A stretch of 64,000 nucleotides of DNA from Schizochytrium sp. TIO01. Lineage: Eukaryota; Protista; Bigyra: Labyrinthulomycetes. Positions within the stretch are counted from its first letter, which is position 1. Every line of letters starts with the position of its first letter. A program made the position numbers and the translations under genes. The notes under the pieces were generated by a model. It was not told the DNA's origin and did not search any database. It saw nothing but the letters and a program-made list of their open reading frames with translations. The stretch lies in NCBI GenBank assembly GCA_004764695.1, contig SMSO01000014.1, forward strand, positions 6,252,029-6,316,028. The letters run 5' to 3'. Below are positions 1-11,121 of this stretch, piece after piece.

Positions 1-468
1 CGGCAACAAGTTGAAACTTTGAGCTCTAAATTGCGGAAAGATGATTTCCTCAAAACGCAGGGCGTTGAAGTCGTACTCCACTCTCCACTTGAAAGAGCTC
101 GCGAAACTTGCGACGGAGTGGTGGGGTCTGATTCAGATAACACGTACCCACGCGAAGAGCTTATTGATCTGCGTGAGAAAACTGTTGGCGAGTGGGTTCC
201 GGGCTTTAAAGGCAGCTTGGATGAGCGCATTGCCAGCTTTGAACGTGCACTCTGTGCACGCAAAGAGGAGCGCATTTTGGTGGTGGGGCATTCGCAGTTC
301 TTCCGGCACATGCTTGGCATGGCGGAGAAGTTCAAGAACTGCGACGTGTGGAAAGTTGAGCTCTCGAGAGATACCTTGGGAAGGCCCATCTGGTCTAACC
401 CGGAGAATGTAGTTAGCGTATTTGATGAGGTGCCAGGAGAACTCGTATCTGCTCCTGCGCTCACTTAA
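1..468 (+). CDS. Histidine phosphatase / phosphoglycerate mutase family protein, 5'-truncated by the window edge
   Basis: Frame is open from base 1. Family motifs HSPLERARET, LIDLREK and ILVVGHSQFF are present; the RHG motif would lie upstream of the window. Confidence 0.8.
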   Translation, partial: RQQVETLSSKLRKDDFLKTQGVEVVLHSPLERARETCDGVVGSDSDNTYPREELIDLREKTVGEWVPGFKGSLDERIASFERALCARKEERILVVGHSQFFRHMLGMAEKFKNCDVWKVELSRDTLGRPIWSNPENVVSVFDEVPGELVSAPALT

Positions 469-1383
469 TAAGCTGGTTCCTTTGGCTCTATCGCTAGCAT
501 GACCAAATTCAAGATAAAGATTGGAAAAGAAGACAAGAAAGTGAAAGCTTGCATATAGATACACCACAAAAGTTATATATTCGAGGAAATATTGATGTGG
601 TTGTTTGAAGGAACAGTTTATAGATTTCCTTTACTGAGGTGAATGACATTACAAGATTCGAGATACAAACCTTCGGTAAGGAGAGAAGCTATTGAAAATA
701 AATAAATTATAGAGTTTTTTTAGTATATATATATATATATGCATGTATCCGAGGAATACCTCCATCAGAGAGGCATGCGAAGCAAGAAATCTAATATAAG
801 AATATCAAGAGAGGGCTGACAGCAAGCAAAACAGAGAAGAATATTTTTAGTTTTTTCATAAGTTTTTGTTGTTGTTGGATGAGGAGGAGATGCTGCGCAA
901 TGACAAGCGCAGGGTTTCGAAAGTCAGGAATGATTTTCTGCAGAGATGAAACAAGCGTCGCACTGCATTGGCTATGAAAATAAGATGTTGGGAAAGACTA
1001 GCTTGCTGCAAGAGGCAAAGCCTCCTTTACCTCCTGTCGCAAGCAGCCTTGCCCTGTTCCCAACTGAGCTCATAACGTGGCCAGATGTCTGGTGATTTAA
1101 AAAAAAAAGGATTGATTGTGTGCAGTGCAAGAGGCACACGCAGAGCTCGGCAAACTAGACAGGTAGGTGGTAAAGGAGTAGGCGGCAAGCAAGCATGTAG
1201 GTAGGCGCATAGCTCGCATAAGCAAAGAAGTTCGTACTTACGCAGGAAAGTAGCTACGTCGTTTTTTTTTGAGGGGGGGGAGGGGGGTCGCTGTGAGGAG
1301 AAAAACACCTTGAAGTATGAGGCGTGGATTTAAATGGAGATAGATAAGCCTAGACCTCGTAAGTCAGCAAATCAACATGGTAC

Positions 1384-1914
1384 TTACTCCTCCGCGGTAG
1401 GGAAAATTTTCTCAAGGATGAGGCAGTTGGGCGGGTCAAGGCGCTTGTAATAGCCCTCAATAGTTTCTTTCTCCTCAAAGTCAAACTTCTTGCGGTAGAA
1501 CTCAATACCCTCCTTGTTCTCAGTCCACACGTGCAAAAAGATGCCGGCGGCGCCCAGCTCCTTAGCCTTCTCGATCATGAAGTCCAGAAGTTTGCTGCCA
1601 ATAGATCTGCCTCTGTATGCAGGCAATACCGCAAGCGTCATGACGTACAACATGACCTTACCGTCGCGCTCCTCGAGACGGCAACAGGCGGCGCCGACCA
1701 TGACGTCCTTAAAGTAGGCCAGCTTGGCGATGCCCTTGTTTGAGTACTCAACGACATCAGTGTAAAAGCTGTCCTTGTAGCGTACAGGCAAAATTGTCTC
1801 CTGAAGACGCCTCAACTGTCCAACATTGTTTACGTGGATCGGGCCGAAGTACACGTCCGGAGCCACTGCGATGGTGTCGCCGCTCGTGTCACCCTTGCCT
1901 TTGTCTCCCGCCAT
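1384..1914 (-). CDS. NAA50: N-alpha-acetyltransferase 50 (NatE catalytic subunit, GNAT family)
   Basis: NNVGQLRRL..ILPVRYKDSFY, VGAACCRLE, LYVMTLAVLPAYRGRSIG (acetyl-CoA motif), FLHVWTEN and GYYKRLDP; 176 aa, typical Naa50 length. Confidence 0.9.
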   Translation of the reverse strand: MAGDKGKGDTSGDTIAVAPDVYFGPIHVNNVGQLRRLQETILPVRYKDSFYTDVVEYSNKGIAKLAYFKDVMVGAACCRLEERDGKVMLYVMTLAVLPAYRGRSIGSKLLDFMIEKAKELGAAGIFLHVWTENKEGIEFYRKKFDFEEKETIEGYYKRLDPPNCLILEKIFPTAEE

Positions 1915-3165
1915 CTTTAGAGATTACCCGCAAATATCCCAAGAGCCCCAATTCGCAACAGGACACTCACTGTTCAGCGAGCAGTCTGACCAATCAGCTG
2001 CCTCAGAGAGGATTCTACAACGATCTCTGGAGATGGCGAACTGTTTTCGATTCGCGCTGAGGATGAATGTTAGCAATCGCGAGGCTTCTTTTATCTACAA
2101 CCACGACCCAGTTTAGCCTATATCCCTGCTAGTATGTTCTAACAGTATGCGATGTTTAACAATCGTTGATTGATGTCTAATTAATTAGAAAGATAAATGA
2201 ATGAATGTTAATGAGAGGGTCGTTCTTCTTTAGCGAGGCACTAGTAGTGCGTATAATGTATATAGTTCGCAATAACAGCCTTAACCACCGGCAGACCCAA
2301 TGTTTTTTCAATTGCTACAAACTTATGAAACGATTGTGACTATTGGAGTGATGATAAGCCAACATAGTGAAAAACAGATGATAGAGAGAGTGTCCCAGTC
2401 TGAGGTAAATGGTGGTTTTGATGAACGGATGCAGAACAGGGTCTGAAGCGTCTAATAAGCCTGTTTGGAGGAGCAGGTAAACTAAAATCCAAACAGAGAA
2501 TGCACAGCAATCTGGCACAGTAGCCTCAGAAATGAACTCTCTGCCAGAAACGAGTGTCGAAGGGGCAGCTTCGTAAAGATGAAGTATGCATTCCTCACTA
2601 AAAGATGTGGTGCAGCCAAAGTGCTTTGTAAGTGAAGAAGATGTTCACTGCCCATTTTGCATGGAGGAACCTTCAGATATTTTTGCTCTCCTCAACAATT
2701 GGATCTTTGTCAGCCTCAGACACGATATTATGGCACCAAGTTGACTTATTGATTGCGCATTCGTACGTGTTTGCAACAAACAAACTCCACAGGTCGGGAA
2801 ATCAAACATAAATTCGTGGAAAGAAAAAATGATAGATAAAGATGATAGATATATAAATCGTGAACAATGAAAAACTAGCAGGAAAGGACCTGTTGTCGTA
2901 AAGGCAGAAATAGCCGGTTAGAGAGAAAAAAAACTTCATGAGAATACGGACATGATCCAATATACACACGAAAGCTTTAAAGTCAGGCAAAAATGTGAGC
3001 ATTGGCAATCGGGAGCTGTGTATCCAACAGCAAAAGCTGCGTTGGTTCGTTTTCATCGTCTCCTGTTGTCTTTAAGGATAACTATAAATTAAAAAGCAAG
3101 CCACAATCACGCGCAGGCATTCTTTACTCGCCTGCATGGGCAAGGGAAAAGGAAAGAGTACAAGC

Positions 3166-4806
3166 TTAAGAAGAACTGGACGGAGGAGGAGCAGCAGCAG
3201 CAGCAGCAAAGGCCATATCGCGGTCAGCCGCTTTAGTAGGCTGTGAGCCCAAAATAAAGCACATGGTGGTGAAATAGGAGGACTTGAAATCCGTCTTGGC
3301 ACTCGATGCCAGCAAACCCATGGTAACCATAAAAAGCATCGCATCAAAATGTTTGATGACACCGATCAATTTGCGTTTCCGAAGATATATGTAAGCACCT
3401 TCGAGGGACTTTGGGAAGCAGTAGAGCATAAGTTCAGAAACGCGGGAAGGCCTCTCAAAGTAGGTACTAAACGAGGTGAGTAAGCCAGCCACGACTGCAT
3501 GCCAATCCGAATCAGTTTGGCGCATGTTTCGTAGAAAGCATTGAGAACCCTTGATGCATAGCACGTAGGTAGACAAGAAAGCGCAGGAGGAGGCAAAACC
3601 GATGGCAGTCTTCAAGAGTTGAGAACTAGGGTCTTTCATAAGCGATTTGTAATGTAGTGCCAAGCCGAGGAGATGAACACTAACGTAAACTTTGCTAGCG
3701 CGTTTGAGACCAAAAACCCAATCTTTGAGGCAGTGAACTGTACAAGGTCCTTCATGGTAACCAACACAGCAGGGCTGAAAGGGAAAGTCGCGACCTTCAG
3801 CAAGTGCCTGCCTTCGCACACGCAATGTAGCAGCCAGTCCCTTATCTGTAACGTCTCCCATATGCAAAATCCATTTGTAATAGCCGCGTTCAAGAATATC
3901 TGGTTCAAACAAGAATCCGTACATGATGGGCACATTGCAGATTCCAAACATCAAAGCTTCAAAGTGTTTCCAGTATGGTAGAATGTCTTTGCGTACAAGT
4001 CCTTTAACAGCAACATCTACAGCGCGAACAAAGAGGTTGAGGGAGATCATCTGGCGGCGGTGCTGAGCATCTAGTAGCAGCGTAAGCCCTGCTAATGTGC
4101 CAGCAACGCCACTGTTGAAAGGTGTATCTTGACCAGTGTAAGATGTCATGGCAGCGTTTGTGAGCCGAAAGCAGCCAACGAAGGCACCCATGAAACCTGC
4201 AAAGCGGCGTGAGTCGGGCCCGACAGCATTGGACACAGCTCTTTTCCAGTTCTTGACGCCTTTCAAAAGGCCCAAAACGAGGGAAAGCGCACCTTTAATG
4301 GACATTCCGAGTGCAGCACCCCGGACAGACCCCCTTGCAAATTCACACACTGCGTGCTTTACAGCATCCATCCCAGTAGGCACGGAGCCATCTGGCAGTA
4401 GACCTAAACCCTTGCCAGCCCACACCTCCGCATGGTGCTTGGCTCTTAACTGATGGGCCTCATGTTCTTTAGCACTTTCAGCACTGTTTTTATGGCAATG
4501 GTTGTGATCATGCGACACATGCATGTGCATGCTCTTATTTTCCTCATGATCTGCCGTTTGCTCATGGCTACATGTCAGGTTTTCGTGCTGGTTCTGCCGT
4601 TTGCTGTTTTGGCTGTTGAATTCTTGATCTTCAAGGTCTGCTTCTGAGGCGAGGTCATTTTCATCTTCCTCCTGGACATCGCCAAGATCAAGTCCAACTG
4701 CATCGCTGCAGTCATCGTCTTCAATGTCGTCTACGTCCTGGTCATCTTCGCTGTTCTGGGGCTTGAAGATGCCAGACATGACGCGCTCCATGATTGGCTC
4801 TGCCAT
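3166..4806 (-). CDS. TMEM135: TMEM135/PMP52-like membrane protein with acidic and His-rich N-terminal extension
   Basis: Tim17-like Gly-rich TM helices (RRFAGFMGAFVGCFR, VAGTLAGLTLLLD), IMYGFLFEPDIL..GYYKWI, PCC..YHEGPC, SSCAFLSTYV and ERPSRVSELMLYCFPK. Confidence 0.8.
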   Translation of the reverse strand: MAEPIMERVMSGIFKPQNSEDDQDVDDIEDDDCSDAVGLDLGDVQEEDENDLASEADLEDQEFNSQNSKRQNQHENLTCSHEQTADHEENKSMHMHVSHDHNHCHKNSAESAKEHEAHQLRAKHHAEVWAGKGLGLLPDGSVPTGMDAVKHAVCEFARGSVRGAALGMSIKGALSLVLGLLKGVKNWKRAVSNAVGPDSRRFAGFMGAFVGCFRLTNAAMTSYTGQDTPFNSGVAGTLAGLTLLLDAQHRRQMISLNLFVRAVDVAVKGLVRKDILPYWKHFEALMFGICNVPIMYGFLFEPDILERGYYKWILHMGDVTDKGLAATLRVRRQALAEGRDFPFQPCCVGYHEGPCTVHCLKDWVFGLKRASKVYVSVHLLGLALHYKSLMKDPSSQLLKTAIGFASSCAFLSTYVLCIKGSQCFLRNMRQTDSDWHAVVAGLLTSFSTYFERPSRVSELMLYCFPKSLEGAYIYLRKRKLIGVIKHFDAMLFMVTMGLLASSAKTDFKSSYFTTMCFILGSQPTKAADRDMAFAAAAAAPPPSSSS

Positions 4807-7029
4807 CTTAAAATGTTCGCCCTAGCTCACCGGCAGCGCTTACACCAGTCCAATCTCTCCACGGAGCCAGCTACTGCTTAGCCCCTGCACGGCCTCAACC
4901 TCACACAGCCCAGGCCTGTCGCGACGAGCGGCGGGGCCAGCGGCAAGTGACCAAGCAATCGCTCTCTACTTTTGCACGAATTGGGAATGAGGAAATGAAT
5001 GAACCAATGAACGAATGAATGAATTAAGGAATGAATGAATAAGTGAATAAGTGAGTGATGTATTTCTACTCAGACTTAGTACTCATGGAACTACTTACTT
5101 ACTACCTATCAGGTCCTACTAGTAGTTATTAAGTACCTACCTTGCACTCTTCCCCAGGAATGTTTGCAGACACAAGGAAACCAAGCTCTTCGTCCAATGG
5201 GATCGAGGCGTGCCTCAGGAACCGTGTCCCTGTCTCCTCTCCGCACCCCAAGCCATCTTTATCTGCTTCTGCCCCGCTTTGCGAGCTGCTCTGCAGCCCT
5301 CTTCAGGCCCTCTATACCTCATTTGCGGGTGCGCTGTTTCAATCAATGTTTCCATTCCCATTCGTTACATTATTGCTGTTCTTTTCAGGCGTTCACTTCC
5401 CGCCAGGCCCGCTAGCCCTCCACATAGGGCTCGCGTAGCGTCGTCGGAACGTTCGGAACGGGCCCTGGAACGAGAGACAGTTCGAGGAGAACAGAACGTT
5501 CGGAACGGACCAACCCGATTAACCGAGGATATCCTGGCACAGACGAGGATCGGAACTGGCGGATCTTACTCTCTTTTGGGGACAGGATGACGTCAGAAAG
5601 TGAGAATAATTGAGTCCGCCCACCTTAGAAACCTGACACTCATTCTGGGCGAAACTTGCAATGAGAGATGTGTGCGGGCGTTATTGCGAACGGGAGGGAG
5701 GAGAGGAGGAGGAGGAGGCCTGGCAAGAAACCAGCTGAAGACGTCCTTCCTTCTACAAGTTGTGCTGCGCTGTGCGAGCAGACCTGCCTGTGATAAGAAC
5801 TGCAGTAAGGGACACTTACTACCTCCTACCGCCATCTAGTTCGGGTAAACGCTGACGTCAGCAGGATCAGATCACAATGAACGCTGACGCATATGCACAG
5901 AGGTACTATTTGGAATGTATCAAAATATCTATCTATCTCTAGAGAGGCCATACGCCGGATACCCTAAAGGTGGAATCGGCGACGCCATCCTGAAGAGTGT
6001 ACAGCGGGCAAGCAACACGGCAGGGATGGTGAGGAATAAAGCTCTAGGCCATGGATATTTTCTGGAACCAGAGATTCTAACCTATTTGTTCTGATGAATT
6101 CAACACCAGGCAGACAGATATTGAATTCTGGCGAATAGCAGGCATCATAGAGGGACTAGGAACCAGGATCGTTTTAGAAATGAGCAATTCAGAACAAGCA
6201 AGTGCGAAAAGAGCAAGGAAGGGGAGCAAATCAGCAGATAAGATACGAGAGGAGACAAGCAGAAAAAAGTGTACGAGAACCATGACTACGAGTTGCTTTC
6301 TACTCGATGAAATAAATGGGAAGGGTGTAAGTAAAATAATAGAAGCGGCAGGAATGTGTGATTGCATGAGATGCTGCCTGCGCGAGGTAAAGTCAGAAGA
6401 ACTGATGAGATGGGAGAGGGATACGTAGTAAAGCAAAAATACCAATTGTCGCGTTCGTTGATGAGAGAGCAGAAGAAGATGGTGTGGTTGAACTGAGTGA
6501 GAGGCTACAAAACATATGCTGCATGCCCGAGGAGCGTGTGGAAATGGCTAAAGCAAGCCTGGCCACGTAGCCGGCAACAGCAACGACCACATAGAACAGA
6601 ATCATGAACAAACTTGAGGCAGCAAGCAGGGGTAGTGAGTGAGTGAGTGAGTGAGCGCGAGCATCCACACACAAACTTTTCAAGAAGAGATGCTTTCGGA
6701 AGGACTTCTTTTGTGTGTATGTGGCGCCTTGATTATGCGATCTTTATGAAAGATACTACTGCTGTTGCTGACGGATGTTACATCATGACTGCTGAGCTGG
6801 GGTTGTTGCGTTGGAAGCTGGGGGTCAAATCCTGGTTTTACGGCCACGCAAAACTCCTCGAGAAATGAGAGTGCGTCCTTGTTGGCGCGTTGGCAGGCCG
6901 CCAGCTGCGACTACTACTGCTGGTGGTGCCGTGAAACTTGCCGATAAAGGGAGTGAGTGAGTGAGTGAGTGGAAGGATGTGGAGATGGTGAAAGAGGTGG
7001 TGAATTGGTGGTTGATATGTGGACATAAC

Positions 7030-8361
7030 TTAGGCGGAGGCTTCGGCCTGCGAGGCGGTCTTGTTGACCTGGATGTCGACGAAGCGAGGGCGCGAAGCGG
7101 CGGCAGCGGCAACGGTCTCCTCGTGCTGATCGGCAGCAGTGTACGGGCTCTTGAGCGGAGAGGTGTGGGGGGCCTTGCCCATGAGGCCAAGAAGGTCGAA
7201 CATCTTCTTGTCCTCGTTGAACTCCGGGTTGGGGGTAGTGAGGAGGGTGTCACCAGTGAAGATGGAGTTGGCACCGCACATGAACATGAGAGCCTGAGCA
7301 GCGACAGGGAACTCAAGGCGTCCTGCAGAGAGACGCACCATGGAGCGCGGCATGACAATGCGAGCGGTGGCGATCATACGCACCATATCGTCCCAGGTCG
7401 GGGCGCGGCCCTGTGCGATGAGGCGGTCACCGAGCGGGGTGCCAGCGACGGGCACGAGTGCGTTGAGGGGCACAGACTCCGGGTGGGCCTCAAGGGTGGC
7501 GAGGGTGAGCAGGAGTCCAACACGGTCGTCCTTCTCCTCACCGAGACCAACAATGCCACCGCAGCAGACGGAGATGCCTGCCTCGCGCACGTTCTTAACG
7601 GTGTTGAGGCGGTCATCGTAGGAGCGGGTGCTGACGACCTTGGGGTAGTACTCACGACTGGTGTCGATGTTGTGGTTGTAGGCGGTGAGACCTGCCTCCT
7701 TAAGCTGCTTGGCCTGGTCAGGAGTGAGCATACCGAGGGTGGTGCAGACCTCCATGCCCATGCCGTTGATCTCCTTGACCATCTCGAGCACGCGGTTGAA
7801 GGCCTTCTTGTTGCCAACCTCACGCCAGGCAGAGCCCATGCAGAAGCGGGTGCTGCCAGCGGTCTTGGCGCGGCGAGCAGCGTCGAGCACATCGTCGAGC
7901 TTCATGGTCGGCGTGGGCTTGACAAAAGTCTTGTGGTGCTGCGACTGGGAGCAGTAACCACAGTTCTCGGAGCATCCACCGGTCTTGATGGAAAGCAGAG
8001 TGCTCTGCTGCACCTCGCGGGGGTGGAAGTTCACGCGGTGGACGGCGGCGGCCTCGAACATCAAGTCGATGAGGGGCTTGTCGTAGATGGCCTGGATCTC
8101 CTCGCGGGTCCAGTTCGTGCGCACGCGGGCCTCAATGCCTGTCACCTGCAGGTCAAAGGTCTCCTTTGCCTCGACCTGAGCAGCCAATGCTGCCTTCTCC
8201 TCCTCGAGCTCCTCAATGCGCTTCAGCAAAGCATCGCGGTCCTTGTTGGATACGGCGGCAGATGCAAATCCGCGAGCACCGCTCTGGCGGCCAGCATTCT
8301 GCAGGGCGGCGCCAAGGCCGAGCAGGCCGGAGGACGTCGCGCGAGCGGCGGAGGAAAGCAT
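7030..8361 (-). CDS. BIO2: Biotin synthase (radical SAM), mitochondrial precursor, 443 aa
   Basis: LLSIKTGGCSENCGYCSQS (CxxxCxxC), TRFCMGSAWR, EVCTTLGML, YNHNIDTS, CCGGIVGLGE, PESVPLN, RLSAGR and GANSIFTGD. ATG at 8361 sits in a CCACCATG context and is followed by an Ala/Ser/Arg-rich presequence. Confidence 0.96.
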   Translation of the reverse strand: MLSSAARATSSGLLGLGAALQNAGRQSGARGFASAAVSNKDRDALLKRIEELEEEKAALAAQVEAKETFDLQVTGIEARVRTNWTREEIQAIYDKPLIDLMFEAAAVHRVNFHPREVQQSTLLSIKTGGCSENCGYCSQSQHHKTFVKPTPTMKLDDVLDAARRAKTAGSTRFCMGSAWREVGNKKAFNRVLEMVKEINGMGMEVCTTLGMLTPDQAKQLKEAGLTAYNHNIDTSREYYPKVVSTRSYDDRLNTVKNVREAGISVCCGGIVGLGEEKDDRVGLLLTLATLEAHPESVPLNALVPVAGTPLGDRLIAQGRAPTWDDMVRMIATARIVMPRSMVRLSAGRLEFPVAAQALMFMCGANSIFTGDTLLTTPNPEFNEDKKMFDLLGLMGKAPHTSPLKSPYTAADQHEETVAAAAASRPRFVDIQVNKTASQAEASA

Positions 8362-8374
8362 GGTGGCTTGAGGG

Positions 8375-8406
8375 GTGAGTGAGTGAGTGAGTGAGTGAGT
8401 GAGTGA
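8375..8406. repeat. (GAGT)n/(ACTC)n microsatellite just upstream of the biotin synthase start; same motif at ~6634-6655, ~6951-6971 and ~13676-13690
   Basis: Read directly from the sequence. Confidence 0.9.
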
Positions 8407-8887
8407 GAGAAAAAGGAGCAAGCGACGAGGCGCGGCGAGAGTAGCGTCAAGCGAGCGAGACTTGCAACCGGGACGGAGGCCGGGCTTGCGAGCAGCGCTA
8501 CACAGTCGTCGCGTTTCGGGTCTGCTCCAGTTGTTATTCTTCTTCTTCTTCTTCTTGATTTGTTTTCCTTCTTTCCTCTCTGTTCAAAAAGTTCCCTTTC
8601 TACGGCTAATATGGTATTCACAAAATTCAAAACATTCGCATAATTCAAACCTCCAAACAAGTTCAAATGCAAACAAATACTTCATCACAGTGGTACTGAT
8701 AACAATTACAATTCAAATTTTCATTAACAACGAATTCCATCCTACGACCAATACTACTATTATTAACTATAATGATGATGTTGATAATTATTATTAGTCT
8801 AACACCACTGCCAATACTGCTACTGTTACTGCTATCGCTTTGATTCCTGATTGTTTCTCTGCCTTCCTTTAGTTGAAAGCGCTCTTC

Positions 8888-8940
8888 TTCCTTTCCTTTC
8901 CTTTCCTTTCCTTTCCTTTCCTTTCCTTTCCTTTCCTTTC
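8888..8940. repeat. (CTTTC)n microsatellite, ~10 copies
   Basis: Read directly from the sequence. Confidence 0.95.
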
Positions 8941-9055
8941 TTTTTCCTTTTCTTTCCTTTTCTTTTCTCCCTTCAGTGAGAGAGAGACAGATGGAGATAG
9001 TTCACTAAATAAAGAGCGGCAGAGAGGTCATATGAGCCCGAAAGGCGGAAAACTG

Positions 9056-9112
9056 AGAAAAGAAAGAAAAGAGAGAAAAGAAAGAAAAGAAAGAAAAGAA
9101 AGAAAAGAAAAG
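9056..9112. repeat. (AAAAGAAAG)n purine tract
   Basis: Read directly from the sequence. Confidence 0.85.
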
Positions 9113-9358
9113 GAAACCTTGCCTTTTCTTCAGTCTCTCTTCTCTTTCTTCGCGTGCTTCGCCTATTCTGCCTCTGTTTTCGCAGATTGTGCTGCCCAGC
9201 AGTCGAAGATTGCGTAGGTTTGGGCGTCTTTCCTGCAAAACCTGAGTGACTGAGGGATACACTGCTATTGCAGGAGCATTGAATCGGTTCTCATTCGTCG
9301 CATCAATTGATTCATAATTCAATTAATTCATTAGTTGCAAAACCTGTCACTTTGTGAA

Positions 9359-9396
9359 CTCTTCTTCTTCGTCTTCTTCTTCTTCTTCGTCTTCTT

Positions 9397-9427
<31 letters not shown>

Positions 9428-9444
9428 TTATTATTATTATTATT
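9359..9444. repeat. Compound microsatellite, (TCT)n followed by (TAT)n
   Basis: Read directly from the sequence. Confidence 0.95.
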
Positions 9445-10408
9445 GTTACAACTATTCTTCCTCTGGGAAATCAGGGAATCACTTTCCTCTTCTTCTCTTC
9501 CATAACTCCTCTTTCTTCCTTCCTTTCTTAGTCTCTCTCACAGATGCCATATACGTAGGAATGCGCCTGCCTAAGTGCCCTGTAAGTAGTCCTATCCACG
9601 CTTTGTCTCTCCATCAATCGCTTTTCTTTTTCTTCCCTTCCCGTAACAAAATTCAACAAAATATCATCATTTAGAAAATACTAACTAAGCTCATGTTGTT
9701 TTTGGTAAATTCGAAATACATTTTAAATCGAAACAAAGCAAAAAACCAAATCAACGCAAAACATCTCAATCTCTGTTTTCTTTTCTTTTCTTTTCATTTC
9801 TTTTCTTTAAAAATAAAAAGAACAGCGTCGCTCTTCTCCCCCAGACTGCTACCGAATGCCCTATCTGCGCCCTATCCCCCAGCACTTATTTCATTCCCTC
9901 CTTTTCTTTCAAAAAAATTCAAAAATTCGAAGTGAAGTGAAGTAGCGCTTAGGACTGCCTACCCATCCACTAGCCACCCCCGCGCTTAGTTTCAAGGCGA
10001 TCAATCTTTTCTTTCTCTCTGTGCAAGAACAGAATGCCCGTAAAGTAAGCGCCTAAGAGTCCACTATGCACTCAGTAGGAGGCGGAGACCGCGCAATAGA
10101 TAGAAAGAGATCTCTCTTTCTCTCCAACAATCAATCAATCAATCAATCATTCAAATTTCAAATCTCTCTGCGAAACAAAAGGCGCATCGAAGTTCGGGTC
10201 TCAATTCTTCAACTCTGGCGCAGAGCGAGGCCCAAGGTCGGCGAGGGCTCCGCCCTCGAGGCCCACTCCTGCCGCGCAAGCAAGGAGGCAAGGAGGCAAG
10301 GAGGCAAGGGAGGAAGCACGCGGCAAGGCGGGAGAAGGCAGGCCTGGAGCGAGGATGGATGATCTGATTGATTCCAAGCCTTTCCAATCAATCCTCTCTT
10401 TCAAAGTC

Positions 10409-10460
10409 GTTTCTCTGTTTCTCTGTTTCTCTGTTTCTCTGTTTCTCTGTTTCTCTGTTT
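10409..10460. repeat. (GTTTCTCT)n 8-bp tandem repeat, ~6 copies
   Basis: Read directly from the sequence. Confidence 0.9.
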
Positions 10461-10725
10461 TGGTACTGCTAGCAAAGGCGCTAGCTACGTGTAGTCTAAC
10501 TGTTTACTAAAGGCCTCCTTCCTTCACCTCATCTTTTGTGGAATGAATGATTCATTCGTCGATGTGAATGCATTCTTTGTATTCGTACCGATGCTTTGGG
10601 ATGCTGGTTTCGAGAGATTGCCGCGCTTGAGGCTGATTCGGTGGATTGGGTTGATTTAGCATTTGGTGTCTGACTGATGGTATTTGGTATCTGAGTTGGG
10701 TCAATTTATTCGAGATAATTTGCTT

Positions 10726-10805
10726 GCTTTGCTTTGCTTTGCTTTGCTTTGCTTTGCTTTGCTTTGCTTTGCTTTGCTTTGCTTTGCTTTGCTTTGCTTT
10801 GCTTC
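10726..10805. repeat. (GCTTT)n microsatellite, ~15 copies
   Basis: Read directly from the sequence. Confidence 0.95.
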
Positions 10806-11044
10806 ATTTTATACATTTTATACATTTGGCGCTTGGCATTTGATATTTGGCATTCGATGCTTAACATACATCTCATGTTTCGTTTGATTCGGTTGACTGA
10901 GCCAATGGATTCCACGCCTACATTTCAATCAATTCTCCATGTTCCCTACGAACATGAAACCTTCGAATCAGGATTCCTCAGTTAACCCTCACGTTTCGAG
11001 ACTTTGATCAATCGTACACCAATTGCAAACGATCAATAAACAGG

Positions 11045-11121
11045 TACATATACATACATACATACATACATACATACATACATACATACATACATACATA
11101 CATACATACATACATACATAC
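11045..11121. repeat. (TACA)n microsatellite
   Basis: Read directly from the sequence. Confidence 0.95.

Noticed and set aside
829-850. U6 snRNA ACAGAGAAGA box
   Set aside because: It is not followed by TTAGCATGG and the rest of U6 is absent.
6961-8382. 473-aa plus-strand ORF antisense to biotin synthase
   Set aside because: It is in exact codon register with BIO2. It stays open because the biased BIO2 gene avoids TTA/CTA/TCA codons, and both ends fall in (GAGT)n repeats. This is a shadow ORF.
8362-8421. ORF-track N-terminus MLLFLSLTHSLTHSLT for biotin synthase
   Set aside because: Non-ATG start running through a microsatellite; ATG 8361 has a good context and starts a presequence.
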